From Actinomycetes bacterium (GTDB taxonomy: Bacteria; Actinomycetota; Acidimicrobiia; Acidimicrobiales; Bog-793): a DNA stretch of 64,000 nucleotides. The stretch covers positions 5,707 to 69,706 of the forward strand of contig JAKABW010000008.1 of assembly GCA_021796535.1 (NCBI GenBank), given 5' to 3'. The first letter of the stretch is position 1; every line of letters starts with the position of its first letter. Positions 45,969 to 54,690 of the stretch are shown here, in pieces. The position numbers were made by a program, and so were the translations under genes. The notes beneath the pieces are model-generated. The model saw nothing but the letters and a program-made list of their open reading frames with translations. It did no database searches and was not told the DNA's origin.

Positions 45969-46745
45969 ATGACTATGTTGTCGAATAAGACCTTATTGAT
46001 CACCGGCGTCCTCACGGAAGATTCTTTGGCTTTCAAAGTCGCCCGACTTGCGGAAGAAAACGGGGCAAAAATTATTTTGTCCGGAGCCGGACGGGGTCTT
46101 TCGCTGACCAAAAGAACCGCTCAAAAATTACTCTCCGAGCCGGAGGTGTTGGAAATTGACGTCACGGTCCCCGAACAACTGGAGGAAGCGGCGAAATACG
46201 TGACCGACAACTACACCAAATTGGACGGTATTCTTCACTCGATAGGATACGCCCCGCCAAACTGTCTCGGACACGGTATGTTTGCTGCCGACTGGAATGA
46301 CGTATCACTCAACCTCAATATATCGGCTTACTCGCTCAAATCTCTCGTGCAGGCTTTTTTGCCGGCTTTGCGTCTCTCCGGCGCAGCTTCCGTGGTGGGG
46401 TTGGACTTTGACGCCACCGTGAGCTGGCCCGGATATGACTGGATGGGGGTGGCCAAAGCCGCTTATGAGTCTCTTGCCAGATATTTGGCGAGAGACTTGG
46501 GGCCGGAAAATATACGCGTAAATCTGATCGCCGCCGGTCCGGTCAAAACAATAGCCGCAAAATCAATTCCGGCATTCCCCCAGTTTGAAGACGTCTGGGC
46601 ATCGAAGGCACCGCTCGGATGGGACAGCACTGACAAAATGTTGGCTGTAGCCAAAGCCTGTATTTGTCTGCTTTCCGACTGGTTTCCGGCCACCACGGGC
46701 GAAATAATACACGTCGACGGCGGCTACCACGCCGTAGGGGCCTGA
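45969..46745 (+). CDS. fabI: Enoyl-[acyl-carrier-protein] reductase (NADH), FabI/InhA type
   Basis: LLITGV...SLAF, then MGVAKAAYES (Y-x6-K context) and IRVNLIAAGPVKT. Confidence 0.8.
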   Translation: MTMLSNKTLLITGVLTEDSLAFKVARLAEENGAKIILSGAGRGLSLTKRTAQKLLSEPEVLEIDVTVPEQLEEAAKYVTDNYTKLDGILHSIGYAPPNCLGHGMFAADWNDVSLNLNISAYSLKSLVQAFLPALRLSGAASVVGLDFDATVSWPGYDWMGVAKAAYESLARYLARDLGPENIRVNLIAAGPVKTIAAKSIPAFPQFEDVWASKAPLGWDSTDKMLAVAKACICLLSDWFPATTGEIIHVDGGYHAVGA

Positions 46746-46752
46746 AACCCGC

Positions 46753-48093
46753 CTAAGGCCCGACCGGGCGGATAATAACGTTTGCCGCTGTGTCCAAAAT
46801 ACTTTCGTGAGGCAAAGGGGTTCCGGTTTTTTCCCTGTCTTGTTTTTCGACAGTTGAGCCCATGACTTTTACGATCAGTTCCGATACCGCAACCTGGCTG
46901 ACGGCACCGATCAACATAATCGTAAATACGGCTGGCCACGGCCTTGCAAAGCGGAGAAATACCAGCAAAAGCCCCACGCCGGCAAGCCTTCCCAAATTGA
47001 TGGCAATCTCTCTGGATAAAACATAACCGCCCCTGTTGCTTTCGGAGTTCTCGTCTTGATCCATAACCTCAAGCGAGACGGTTGAAAGCGGGACAAAAAG
47101 ACCGGGGTAGGTAAGTCCGCTGAGAAGTCCGAACAGAATAACCGTCACAAGATCGTGTGATACCAGAAGAAGCAACGTTGCGACAATAACCCCGACAGCG
47201 CCAGTACGTATGCCTATTTTTCTCCAAGCCGGCTTGATTTTTCCCGCCGCCACCGAAGCGACGGCAGTGGCTATGGATACCACGGAAGCAACCAAGCCCT
47301 GATCGCCGGAATTATGAGTGGCCAAAACAACCAGTATTATCATGCCCAAACTTTGAGTGACTTGGTTCATGCTTCTGAGTGCCAAAGAGACGGACATAAA
47401 CATCCAATTTTTTTTGCGCAACGGCAAAAGTATCGATTCCACAATCGATACCTCCCCCATCGAGGCCGTGTCACTGAGCTTACGGGCCGAATAAAAGGCC
47501 ACACCCAACAGAACAAAGGTGAGCATGAAGACGATCTTGAAACCTAGAGAACCGTGAATATGACTTATAAGCTCGCCGGCAAGAAGAGGCATGACAACGT
47601 TGGAACCGCTCATAATCGCAAAATTTAACCCATAGAAATGGTTTCTTTCGGAGGGATCAACCACATCGTAAGCCAAAGTATTGTTCCCGAACCAATAAAT
47701 CCCTATTGCGAATCCGTTAAACAGACCGAGCAAAAAGGCCAATCCACTTACGCGATGACCCAAAAGCGTCAGTATCGCATAAAACAGGGCAGAAAGGACA
47801 ATACCGGCCCTGAAAAGAGTCTTTGGGGAAGTTTTTCTGGCAAATTCAACCAATAAAACCGATATTGCCATCAGACCCAAATACTGACCGATGCTGTAAA
47901 GCGCCATTTTGCTTATACTGCCACTCGCTATGTAAAAAAATAGGGAGACAAAAATACCGGAGGTGGCAAAACCGGCAATAGTAAACCCGCCGCTCCACAA
48001 TACTTCCCGAGCCATAAGCGTTAATTTATGTTTCGAAGGCTTCATATCAATTGATCTCACAAACCGCTTTTTATTTTTATGATATCCCCACAT
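46753..48093 (-). CDS. MFS transporter
   Basis: About 12 hydrophobic spans over 446 aa with MFS-like loops. Confidence 0.65.
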   Translation of the reverse strand: MWGYHKNKKRFVRSIDMKPSKHKLTLMAREVLWSGGFTIAGFATSGIFVSLFFYIASGSISKMALYSIGQYLGLMAISVLLVEFARKTSPKTLFRAGIVLSALFYAILTLLGHRVSGLAFLLGLFNGFAIGIYWFGNNTLAYDVVDPSERNHFYGLNFAIMSGSNVVMPLLAGELISHIHGSLGFKIVFMLTFVLLGVAFYSARKLSDTASMGEVSIVESILLPLRKKNWMFMSVSLALRSMNQVTQSLGMIILVVLATHNSGDQGLVASVVSIATAVASVAAGKIKPAWRKIGIRTGAVGVIVATLLLLVSHDLVTVILFGLLSGLTYPGLFVPLSTVSLEVMDQDENSESNRGGYVLSREIAINLGRLAGVGLLLVFLRFARPWPAVFTIMLIGAVSQVAVSELIVKVMGSTVEKQDREKTGTPLPHESILDTAANVIIRPVGP

Positions 48094-48324
48094 AACGATA
48101 ATAAGGATTTAATTACAGACAGCAAAGCATGCTAAGCGACATATCTGCATAAATGATAAGATAAAAACTTTTTCATATTAACTGTAAATAAATTAGTTTG
48201 GTTGCTGTTGCCATGCCGTTATATTCCTTCCAAAACGTATAACGGAACAAAGAAATAATTTTTGGCAAAAGAATTCTTATCCGAAAAGTTTACAAAAACA
48301 AATGGCTTTTTCGTGGAAAAGGAT

Positions 48325-48831
48325 TTACCTGAGAATGGGGGCATCAAAAACATGGGGAAATATTTTGGAAAACCCAAAATTAAAACGCGACGACAGCATA
48401 ATGAACAGCAGTTTTCTGCCGGAAGCCGATACCACGGTAACGGCCACGCCAAAGACCGAGCCTTTTTTATTTCCGCTGAGCACTGCAATTTTTTTTGTGC
48501 CTAAATTATTGAAATTTCCCTTCCATGCGACAATGCACAGATTCTTATGTCCGTCCAGTAATTTCCTCAAGCGCTTTTCTCTGTCATGTCTTACATAATG
48601 AAAAGTAAAATCTGCTACGAATTCTTTTGTGCTGAGGTACTTAATTCCCGCAAAGTGGGCTGCACTTCCCAGTGGCTCCCTGCCCGTCGGTATGGCCGTG
48701 AGACAGGAGGGCTGGGTAATTGAGCTCAAGGCATCGGAAGAAGGTGAGCATCCGGCGAGAACCGCTGCCGAAATCAACACCGCAACCAAAAAGGCGGTTT
48801 TTTTTGAGAGATATGCGCTGTCAGTTTTCAT
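48325..48831 (-). CDS. Hypothetical lipoprotein
   Basis: The internal start MKTDSAYLSKKTAFLVAVLISAAVLAGCSP has a lipobox (LAGC). No family recognised. Confidence 0.45.
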   Translation of the reverse strand: MKTDSAYLSKKTAFLVAVLISAAVLAGCSPSSDALSSITQPSCLTAIPTGREPLGSAAHFAGIKYLSTKEFVADFTFHYVRHDREKRLRKLLDGHKNLCIVAWKGNFNNLGTKKIAVLSGNKKGSVFGVAVTVVSASGRKLLFIMLSSRFNFGFSKIFPHVFDAPILR

Positions 48832-48996
48832 ACTTTCTACCGTTAATTTACTCCATAAAAGCAGCGGGTTGACTGCCCTTACGACAACTTTGACGGTTGC
48901 CGGGCAATTCCCTGGATAGGGACGACAATATTTTGCCGTTTCCTGCAATTAATTTGCCGTTAAAAACGGCCTTCGATATCCGGTTCGCCGGCGGAT

Positions 48997-50073
48997 TTAC
49001 ACCGGAATCCCTCCTTCGGAAACAAACGAATCCTGTTTGCGGAACTCCGGCTCTTTTAGGTTCCCCCTTTCATTTTTATTTTCCAAAAAGCGCAAGACCA
49101 GATAATCCAGCCAACCCAGCGGAATGTAGACCCAAAACGATATAATTCTGTAGAGCAGAACGGCCGCCACGGTGGTTGACTCGGCACCGCCAAAGGCCAC
49201 AATGGCAACCGTCAGACTTCCTTCCGTCACCCCGAGTCCGCCGGGAGTGATGGGAAGGTTCTGCGCGAGCTGACCGGCACCGTAAGCAAGCAGCAGGCCG
49301 CGCCAGGGGATTGGGGCTCCCACGCTCAGAAAAGCGGCCGCCAGGCAGGAGCAGTCAAAAAGCCAGTTGCCAAAAGCAAAAAGTACCGTATAGATCAGAG
49401 AATTTTTATCAGGTTTGATGTCGCTAATTCTTTCTCTGATTTTCTCCGTCACTCTGCCCGGATCATGCCTGGGCCGGCGAATAACCCTGTGTCCTGCTTT
49501 CAGGGTATACATCACCAATTTGAAAACATACGTGCGCCGCCAGAATAAAGCAAAAAGCGCGGTCACCATCAAAAAAATGGCGGCTATCACATACAACAAA
49601 TCATACGACGAGCTCTCTCCGTATGCTATCAGGGCACCGGCGGCGGCAAGGCACGCCAAAGCCATGGCTGTAAAAGCAAAGGAGGCAAAAAGCGTCCACC
49701 CGGCCAGAATGTCATCCGCACCTTTGCGTTTATATTGGCGGAAAATATACACGGAAGAAAAAGCCGGCCCGGCGGGCAGAGAACTCGATATCGTGAGAGC
49801 GGCAAAGCTCACCATGGTCATCCACAGTGGGGACACCTCCACGTCGGCTGACTTGAGCAACCGCAACTGCAAATAGGAATAACTTACGACGGAAAGCATC
49901 TCCCCGAATATGGCAAAAAGCAAATAGACGACGTTGAGATGCGACAGATACCGGAAAGCTTCGGTCACTTCGCCCTTGTCGCCGTTCAGGGCCTGAAGTG
50001 CCAACAAGCCTATGGTGACACCGGCCAGCCATCTCACAACAGGCCAAAAATATTTTTTGAATGCCGTTTTCAC
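48997..50073 (-). CDS. Flippase-like / lysylphosphatidylglycerol-synthase TM-region family (UPF0104) membrane protein
   Basis: About 8 TMS, with GPAFSSVYIFRQY and PITPGGLGVTEG, typical of the LPG_synthase_TM family. Confidence 0.65.
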   Translation of the reverse strand: MKTAFKKYFWPVVRWLAGVTIGLLALQALNGDKGEVTEAFRYLSHLNVVYLLFAIFGEMLSVVSYSYLQLRLLKSADVEVSPLWMTMVSFAALTISSSLPAGPAFSSVYIFRQYKRKGADDILAGWTLFASFAFTAMALACLAAAGALIAYGESSSYDLLYVIAAIFLMVTALFALFWRRTYVFKLVMYTLKAGHRVIRRPRHDPGRVTEKIRERISDIKPDKNSLIYTVLFAFGNWLFDCSCLAAAFLSVGAPIPWRGLLLAYGAGQLAQNLPITPGGLGVTEGSLTVAIVAFGGAESTTVAAVLLYRIISFWVYIPLGWLDYLVLRFLENKNERGNLKEPEFRKQDSFVSEGGIPV

Positions 50074-50236
50074 CTATTTGGCACCGCCTGGTATATGCTT
50101 TCCCAATTCCCCATCCCACTACCATAACGGCAAAATTACATCAGCTCTTGGCGCGCGTGGTCACGGGGGTACGTTTCCGCCGCCATCAAATCCCAAAGAA
50201 AAGATTGTGCCGCAGCGAAAAACAGAAAACCTGAGT

Positions 50237-51322
50237 TTATTCCTCGGTCAGAAAAGATTTGATCATTTCTTTAAATTTTTCTTCGGTTCTCTTTATTTCA
50301 AACCCGGCGGCATTTATTTTTCCTCTGGCAACAAGCTCTTCCCGTAAATTTTTATCTCCCAGCAGACAGTGAACGGCGGCGGCCATCTCATACGGGTCAT
50401 TGTCGGAAAGAACGACGCCGGCATCAGCCACAGTTTCCGGCACCGCAGCCTGTCCGTAGGCAACGACCGGGATTTCATGGTGCATGGCTTCTATGAGCGG
50501 TACGCAAAAACCTTCATGCTCTGACGCCGACACAAACACATCACAACCCTTGTAGTATGCCACAAGCTCTTCGTTCGTGATCCCGCCCGTAAAAGTCACC
50601 GAGTCGGCTATGCCGATTTGATCCGTAAATTGCAACAATGCTTCTTTGTAGAGGGAGCCCATTTCCCGTCCGACGATATAAAGATGAGCTTCCGTGTCGT
50701 AGGCCTTCAGATAGCAATAAAATGCCTTGAGTAAATTGTGCTGGGCTTTATGAGGGGCAAGCTGTCCCACAAAAAGCCACTTTGTCCCCTTTTGCTCCTT
50801 CAGCGAGGAGAGCAAACCGGGACGCGGGACGGCCGACAAATTGCCGGGATCGATCATAATGGGCAGTATACCGACATTTCTGAAACCGTTTTGCCTCAAT
50901 TCTTCGGCGTTGTATCCGGAGTCGGCAACGGCGGCAAAGGATACCTTGGACAGCGGAAGCATCTGCGATCTGCCGAGTACGGATTCCGCCGCCAGAGAGG
51001 GAAGCCACCTTGTGAAGAATTGGGAAGGAGCAATGTTATGATAATCGACGATTTTTGATCCTTTGGCCGCCATAAAATAATTTGCCGCCCTGCTTCCTAT
51101 CGAATACTGATAGATCAAAAACCGTTTCCCGTCGTTAAACTTTTCCAATTCGGGAAGCTCTTGAACTCTGGCTTCACATCCCGGTCCGATAACGTCTACA
51201 TATATTTCAGATTCAAAACCCATCTCACGGAGCAAACGCTGGATAGTAAAGGTGTGGTTACTCACCGCATCCTTTTCGACTATCGAGGGTATGACCTGAT
51301 CTATTCTGGTTGGTGTATCCAT
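50237..51322 (-). CDS. Glycosyltransferase family 4 (GT-B)
   Basis: SEHEGFCVPLIEAMHHEIPVV (E-x7-E context) and GT-B length. Confidence 0.8.
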   Translation of the reverse strand: MDTPTRIDQVIPSIVEKDAVSNHTFTIQRLLREMGFESEIYVDVIGPGCEARVQELPELEKFNDGKRFLIYQYSIGSRAANYFMAAKGSKIVDYHNIAPSQFFTRWLPSLAAESVLGRSQMLPLSKVSFAAVADSGYNAEELRQNGFRNVGILPIMIDPGNLSAVPRPGLLSSLKEQKGTKWLFVGQLAPHKAQHNLLKAFYCYLKAYDTEAHLYIVGREMGSLYKEALLQFTDQIGIADSVTFTGGITNEELVAYYKGCDVFVSASEHEGFCVPLIEAMHHEIPVVAYGQAAVPETVADAGVVLSDNDPYEMAAAVHCLLGDKNLREELVARGKINAAGFEIKRTEEKFKEMIKSFLTEE

Positions 51323-51418
51323 AAATTATTGTCCTCTGCTGCAGTTATAGCTTATCCACGGTAAAGTCAAAGCCCGCGGATTGAGAAGTTGTCAACGTTT
51401 TTACCCACGACCAAGAGA

Positions 51419-51697
51419 TCAACCGGACAACTTGGCTTTGACACTCTTGAGGGCCGTAATGAATTGGCGGGGCAGATATTTTTTGACGACAACCCGCAAC
51501 TTGATCGATTTGTCAAAAATCTTTTGCGACAGCAAAACCGTTTCTTTTACCTGCTCGAATACGTCGTCGATATAATAAATATTTGTTTTTGGCAATTTTT
51601 CGTTGGAGATGTATTCGGCTTCCGCTTTAACCTTCAGCCGAAAAGCTTCCATATCAGCTTCGAATCTGTTGCCGTTTTGATCGGTTTTTCTGTTCAT
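51419..51697 (-). CDS. Hypothetical small protein (92 aa)
   Basis: The ORF lies 19 nt downstream of wzt on the same strand. The sequence is charged and probably helical. No family recognised. Confidence 0.35.
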   Translation of the reverse strand: MNRKTDQNGNRFEADMEAFRLKVKAEAEYISNEKLPKTNIYYIDDVFEQVKETVLLSQKIFDKSIKLRVVVKKYLPRQFITALKSVKAKLSG

Positions 51698-51715
51698 AAT
51701 TTAGTCCCCATGTCG

Positions 51716-52966
51716 TTACTGAACAGATTCCAGCAATTGCGAGCCGTCGGCATCCGATACCCGCACCGCCAAAGGCATGGCCACAATTCCCGTGGCACGG
51801 CCCGGGTTCATGACCTCAAAATAAGCGCTTTGCTCGGAAAGATCCAGCACGACACCGCCGGAATCCCTGATGTCTACGTTCACCAAGAATCTGCCGTCCA
51901 GTAGGGGAACCTCAGAGAAGTCAAAACTTATTATTTTTTTACCCTGCTCCAAGAGGAGCCCGGAACGGGATGTGCCGGCATCGGAAGTAAACAGCATTCC
52001 TCCGGTTTCGTCGAGTACGCTCAGATTGAAAGAGGCTCCGGCAACTTTTTCTTTCACGTTGACTTCCACTCTGACTTCCAGGGGTTCGCCGGTCACAATG
52101 TAGGGCCTGTCTTTTTTCTCGGGATATTCGAAAGCTATCTCTTCAATCTGCACTGTTCTGTTCTTTACGGTAAAGATAGAGGAAGACACCCCGTCGGTCA
52201 CGGTTTCCCCCACGTCGGTGGGTAAAGCAAAACCGGAGTCCACCAGTCTGTCGCGAAACGCCCTTATTGCCTCACCCGGCGGAGCGTATGTGATGAGTTC
52301 GCCGCGGTCTATCACCATAACGTCGTCACAAGTCTGGCGCATCATGTCAGGAGAGTGAGACACCACCACGATGGTCTTGCCGTCATGCTGGAACTGTTGG
52401 ACCCTGTCCATGCACTTTCTCTGAAAACGTTCGTCACCCACGGCAAGCACTTCGTCCACCAAAAGAATGTCGGGGTCCACGTTCACGGCCACGGCAAAAC
52501 CGAGCCTCACGTACATTCCGGAAGAGTAGTACTTGACTTGGTTGTCGATAAATTTTTCCAGTTCGGCAAAAGCCACTATCTCGTCAAAACGTCTGTCGAT
52601 ATCTTTTTTTGTAAAACCGAGAAGAGACGCGTTGAGATACACATTATCCCTTCCGGAGAGTTCCGGCTGAAAACCGGCTCCCAGCTCCAACATAGCCGCC
52701 AACTGTCCCCTTACAACGACGTCGCCGCTCGTGGGTTGCAGGATTCCCGCCAGACACTTTAACAGCGTGGACTTTCCCGATCCGTTCCGCCCCAAAATGC
52801 CTATAGTCTTGCCGGAGGGAATCTCGGCGTTGACGTCTTTCAGCGCCCAGAATTCCTCGTACGGCACATGACCGGCATGGATAACCCTTTCCTTTAGGGA
52901 GGTGTATTTTTCATGATAGAGACGGAAACGCTTGGAAACCCCTCTGATCTCAATAGCGGAAGTCAT
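51716..52966 (-). CDS. wzt: Polysaccharide/O-antigen-type ABC exporter ATP-binding protein with a C-terminal extension (Wzt-like)
   Basis: Walker A GRNGSGKST, signature YSSGMYVRLGF and Walker B ILLVDEVLAVGD, plus about 170 aa of beta-rich C-terminal domain. Confidence 0.85.
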   Translation of the reverse strand: MTSAIEIRGVSKRFRLYHEKYTSLKERVIHAGHVPYEEFWALKDVNAEIPSGKTIGILGRNGSGKSTLLKCLAGILQPTSGDVVVRGQLAAMLELGAGFQPELSGRDNVYLNASLLGFTKKDIDRRFDEIVAFAELEKFIDNQVKYYSSGMYVRLGFAVAVNVDPDILLVDEVLAVGDERFQRKCMDRVQQFQHDGKTIVVVSHSPDMMRQTCDDVMVIDRGELITYAPPGEAIRAFRDRLVDSGFALPTDVGETVTDGVSSSIFTVKNRTVQIEEIAFEYPEKKDRPYIVTGEPLEVRVEVNVKEKVAGASFNLSVLDETGGMLFTSDAGTSRSGLLLEQGKKIISFDFSEVPLLDGRFLVNVDIRDSGGVVLDLSEQSAYFEVMNPGRATGIVAMPLAVRVSDADGSQLLESVQ

Positions 52967-52969
52967 TTA

Positions 52970-53953
52970 TTAAAGCTCCTCGGCAAAATTACCCTCGACG
53001 TTTCCAAAATACTTTACGGCCCCTATAAATACGCCTATGGCGACAAAAAGGACTATCACAAGCAATTCTACCAGGAAATGATAGGGATAAGTTGCCAGCA
53101 CAATGGTGGTCACGCGGGTGTTTACGTATTTCAGGTGCCCGGACACCAATTTGGCCACGGGAGTCAGAGTCGTATAGCTGACGTGGCCGTAAAGCGCTCT
53201 TTGAAAAGAAAGCACAATGGATGTAACCGGATCGGCCAGATAAACCGCGGAAAGCCATTTTATGCTGGGGTGTCGCAAGAACAGGTCATAGACGGTGTTG
53301 TAGCTATAGATAATCGGCACACCCCAAAACCATGCCTGCAACAGCACCTGAATGAGATGCTCGATGTCTCTCAGCGAAACGTTCAGGGCCGAGAGAAAAA
53401 TACCCACTCCGGCCGCCAGTATGATCAGGTCAATCAGACCAAATAGCACCAGGGGAAGATATGACCAAGCCGGCGCAAACTGGAAACCGGCAAGAAACAA
53501 AATCAATACGAGGGACTGCAGGCAAAAGAAAAACAGGGCTGTTCCCACTTGGGCAAGCGGCAAAACCTCCCTGGGAAACGCCACTTTCTTGACGATCCCG
53601 GCGGCACCGACCACAGAAGACGCACAGCCTTGCAATGCGGAGGCAAAAAAGTTCCAAACTATCAAACCCGAAAAAAGAAAAAGGGCAAAATCGGGAATGG
53701 AGCTCTTCAGGAAATACTTGAACACGACGTAATACACACCCAGGACAATGGCGGGGTTGAGCATTGACCATAAAAACCCGAGGGCAGATCCTTTATATTT
53801 TACTTTTAATTCTTTCCTGATCAAAAAAAGGAGCAACTCCCTGGCTTGCCAGATATTCAGCAAGCGGCTTCCCAGCGTAGTTTTGGCGGAAACCACTCTT
53901 GCCGGCAATTCCCCGCCCGACTGAGCGCTTGTCAATTTTTCGCTAGTCAACAT
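52970..53953 (-). CDS. wzm: ABC-2 type polysaccharide exporter permease (Wzm-like)
   Basis: ELKVKYKGSALGFLWSMLNP, the ABC-2 signature region. Six TMS, immediately upstream of wzt. Confidence 0.85.
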   Translation of the reverse strand: MLTSEKLTSAQSGGELPARVVSAKTTLGSRLLNIWQARELLLFLIRKELKVKYKGSALGFLWSMLNPAIVLGVYYVVFKYFLKSSIPDFALFLFSGLIVWNFFASALQGCASSVVGAAGIVKKVAFPREVLPLAQVGTALFFFCLQSLVLILFLAGFQFAPAWSYLPLVLFGLIDLIILAAGVGIFLSALNVSLRDIEHLIQVLLQAWFWGVPIIYSYNTVYDLFLRHPSIKWLSAVYLADPVTSIVLSFQRALYGHVSYTTLTPVAKLVSGHLKYVNTRVTTIVLATYPYHFLVELLVIVLFVAIGVFIGAVKYFGNVEGNFAEEL

Positions 53954-54337
53954 ATATAATTTTACACAACCTATCTTCGAACGATCTTTTCAGTACTTTA
54001 TATTAGTAGCCCGGCCGAACAGACGACCTGATTTTCACCATAAGTATTTGTTCAAAAAGAACTTTCCATACCCGAAAACGGCTTATCTTTATCCCAAACG
54101 AGACAACCATAACCATTGCAAAGCCCGGTTGAAACACCAAAAGATTTATGCCCACAACTATATTACACTTTGCCGGATAAGGGTTCGCATCAAGAAACCG
54201 CGCATCGCTCCAAAAACTCATATTGTCAGGAAAACATCCGCATCAACGCCTGTGGGAAGAGTAACTTTGGCCAAAAAAGCATCTTTTCCAAAAGTTTGGG
54301 CACCCGGATAAGAGCGAAGGATGTAAAGTCATTTAAA

Positions 54338-54682
54338 ATGGCAGCCGATAAATCAAAGCTAACCCTGATGGCCAGGATAAGGACATTGATCTCCTTGCCG
54401 GGAAGAGTAATTCATCTCGAGGAACAAACGGTCAACATCAATGACCGCCTTGAGCCGATAGAGGGCAGAGTCCTGTCATACTTGGATAAGATGCGCGAAG
54501 AATTGGCCGAAATGAGGGTGCTGATCTTATCCCAAAGCGACCAAAACACGGAAACGGCAGCCCTTCTCGGAGCCATATTGCAAGACTTAAAAGACAGGGT
54601 GGAAAACCTGGAGCGACTGACCGCGGATATGGGCTCCCGGACCCTTCCCCCGTCAGGCGGACCGGGTCATCCCAAAGAATAA
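54338..54682 (+). CDS. Small stand-alone coiled-coil protein (114 aa)
   Basis: The sequence is heptad-like (LEEQTVNINDRLEPIEGRVLSYLDKMREELAEMRVLI...LQDLKDRVENLERL). ATG 54338. The stop is 9 nt before the large GT gene. Confidence 0.55.
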   Translation: MAADKSKLTLMARIRTLISLPGRVIHLEEQTVNINDRLEPIEGRVLSYLDKMREELAEMRVLILSQSDQNTETAALLGAILQDLKDRVENLERLTADMGSRTLPPSGGPGHPKE

Positions 54683-54690
54683 AGCGATTC

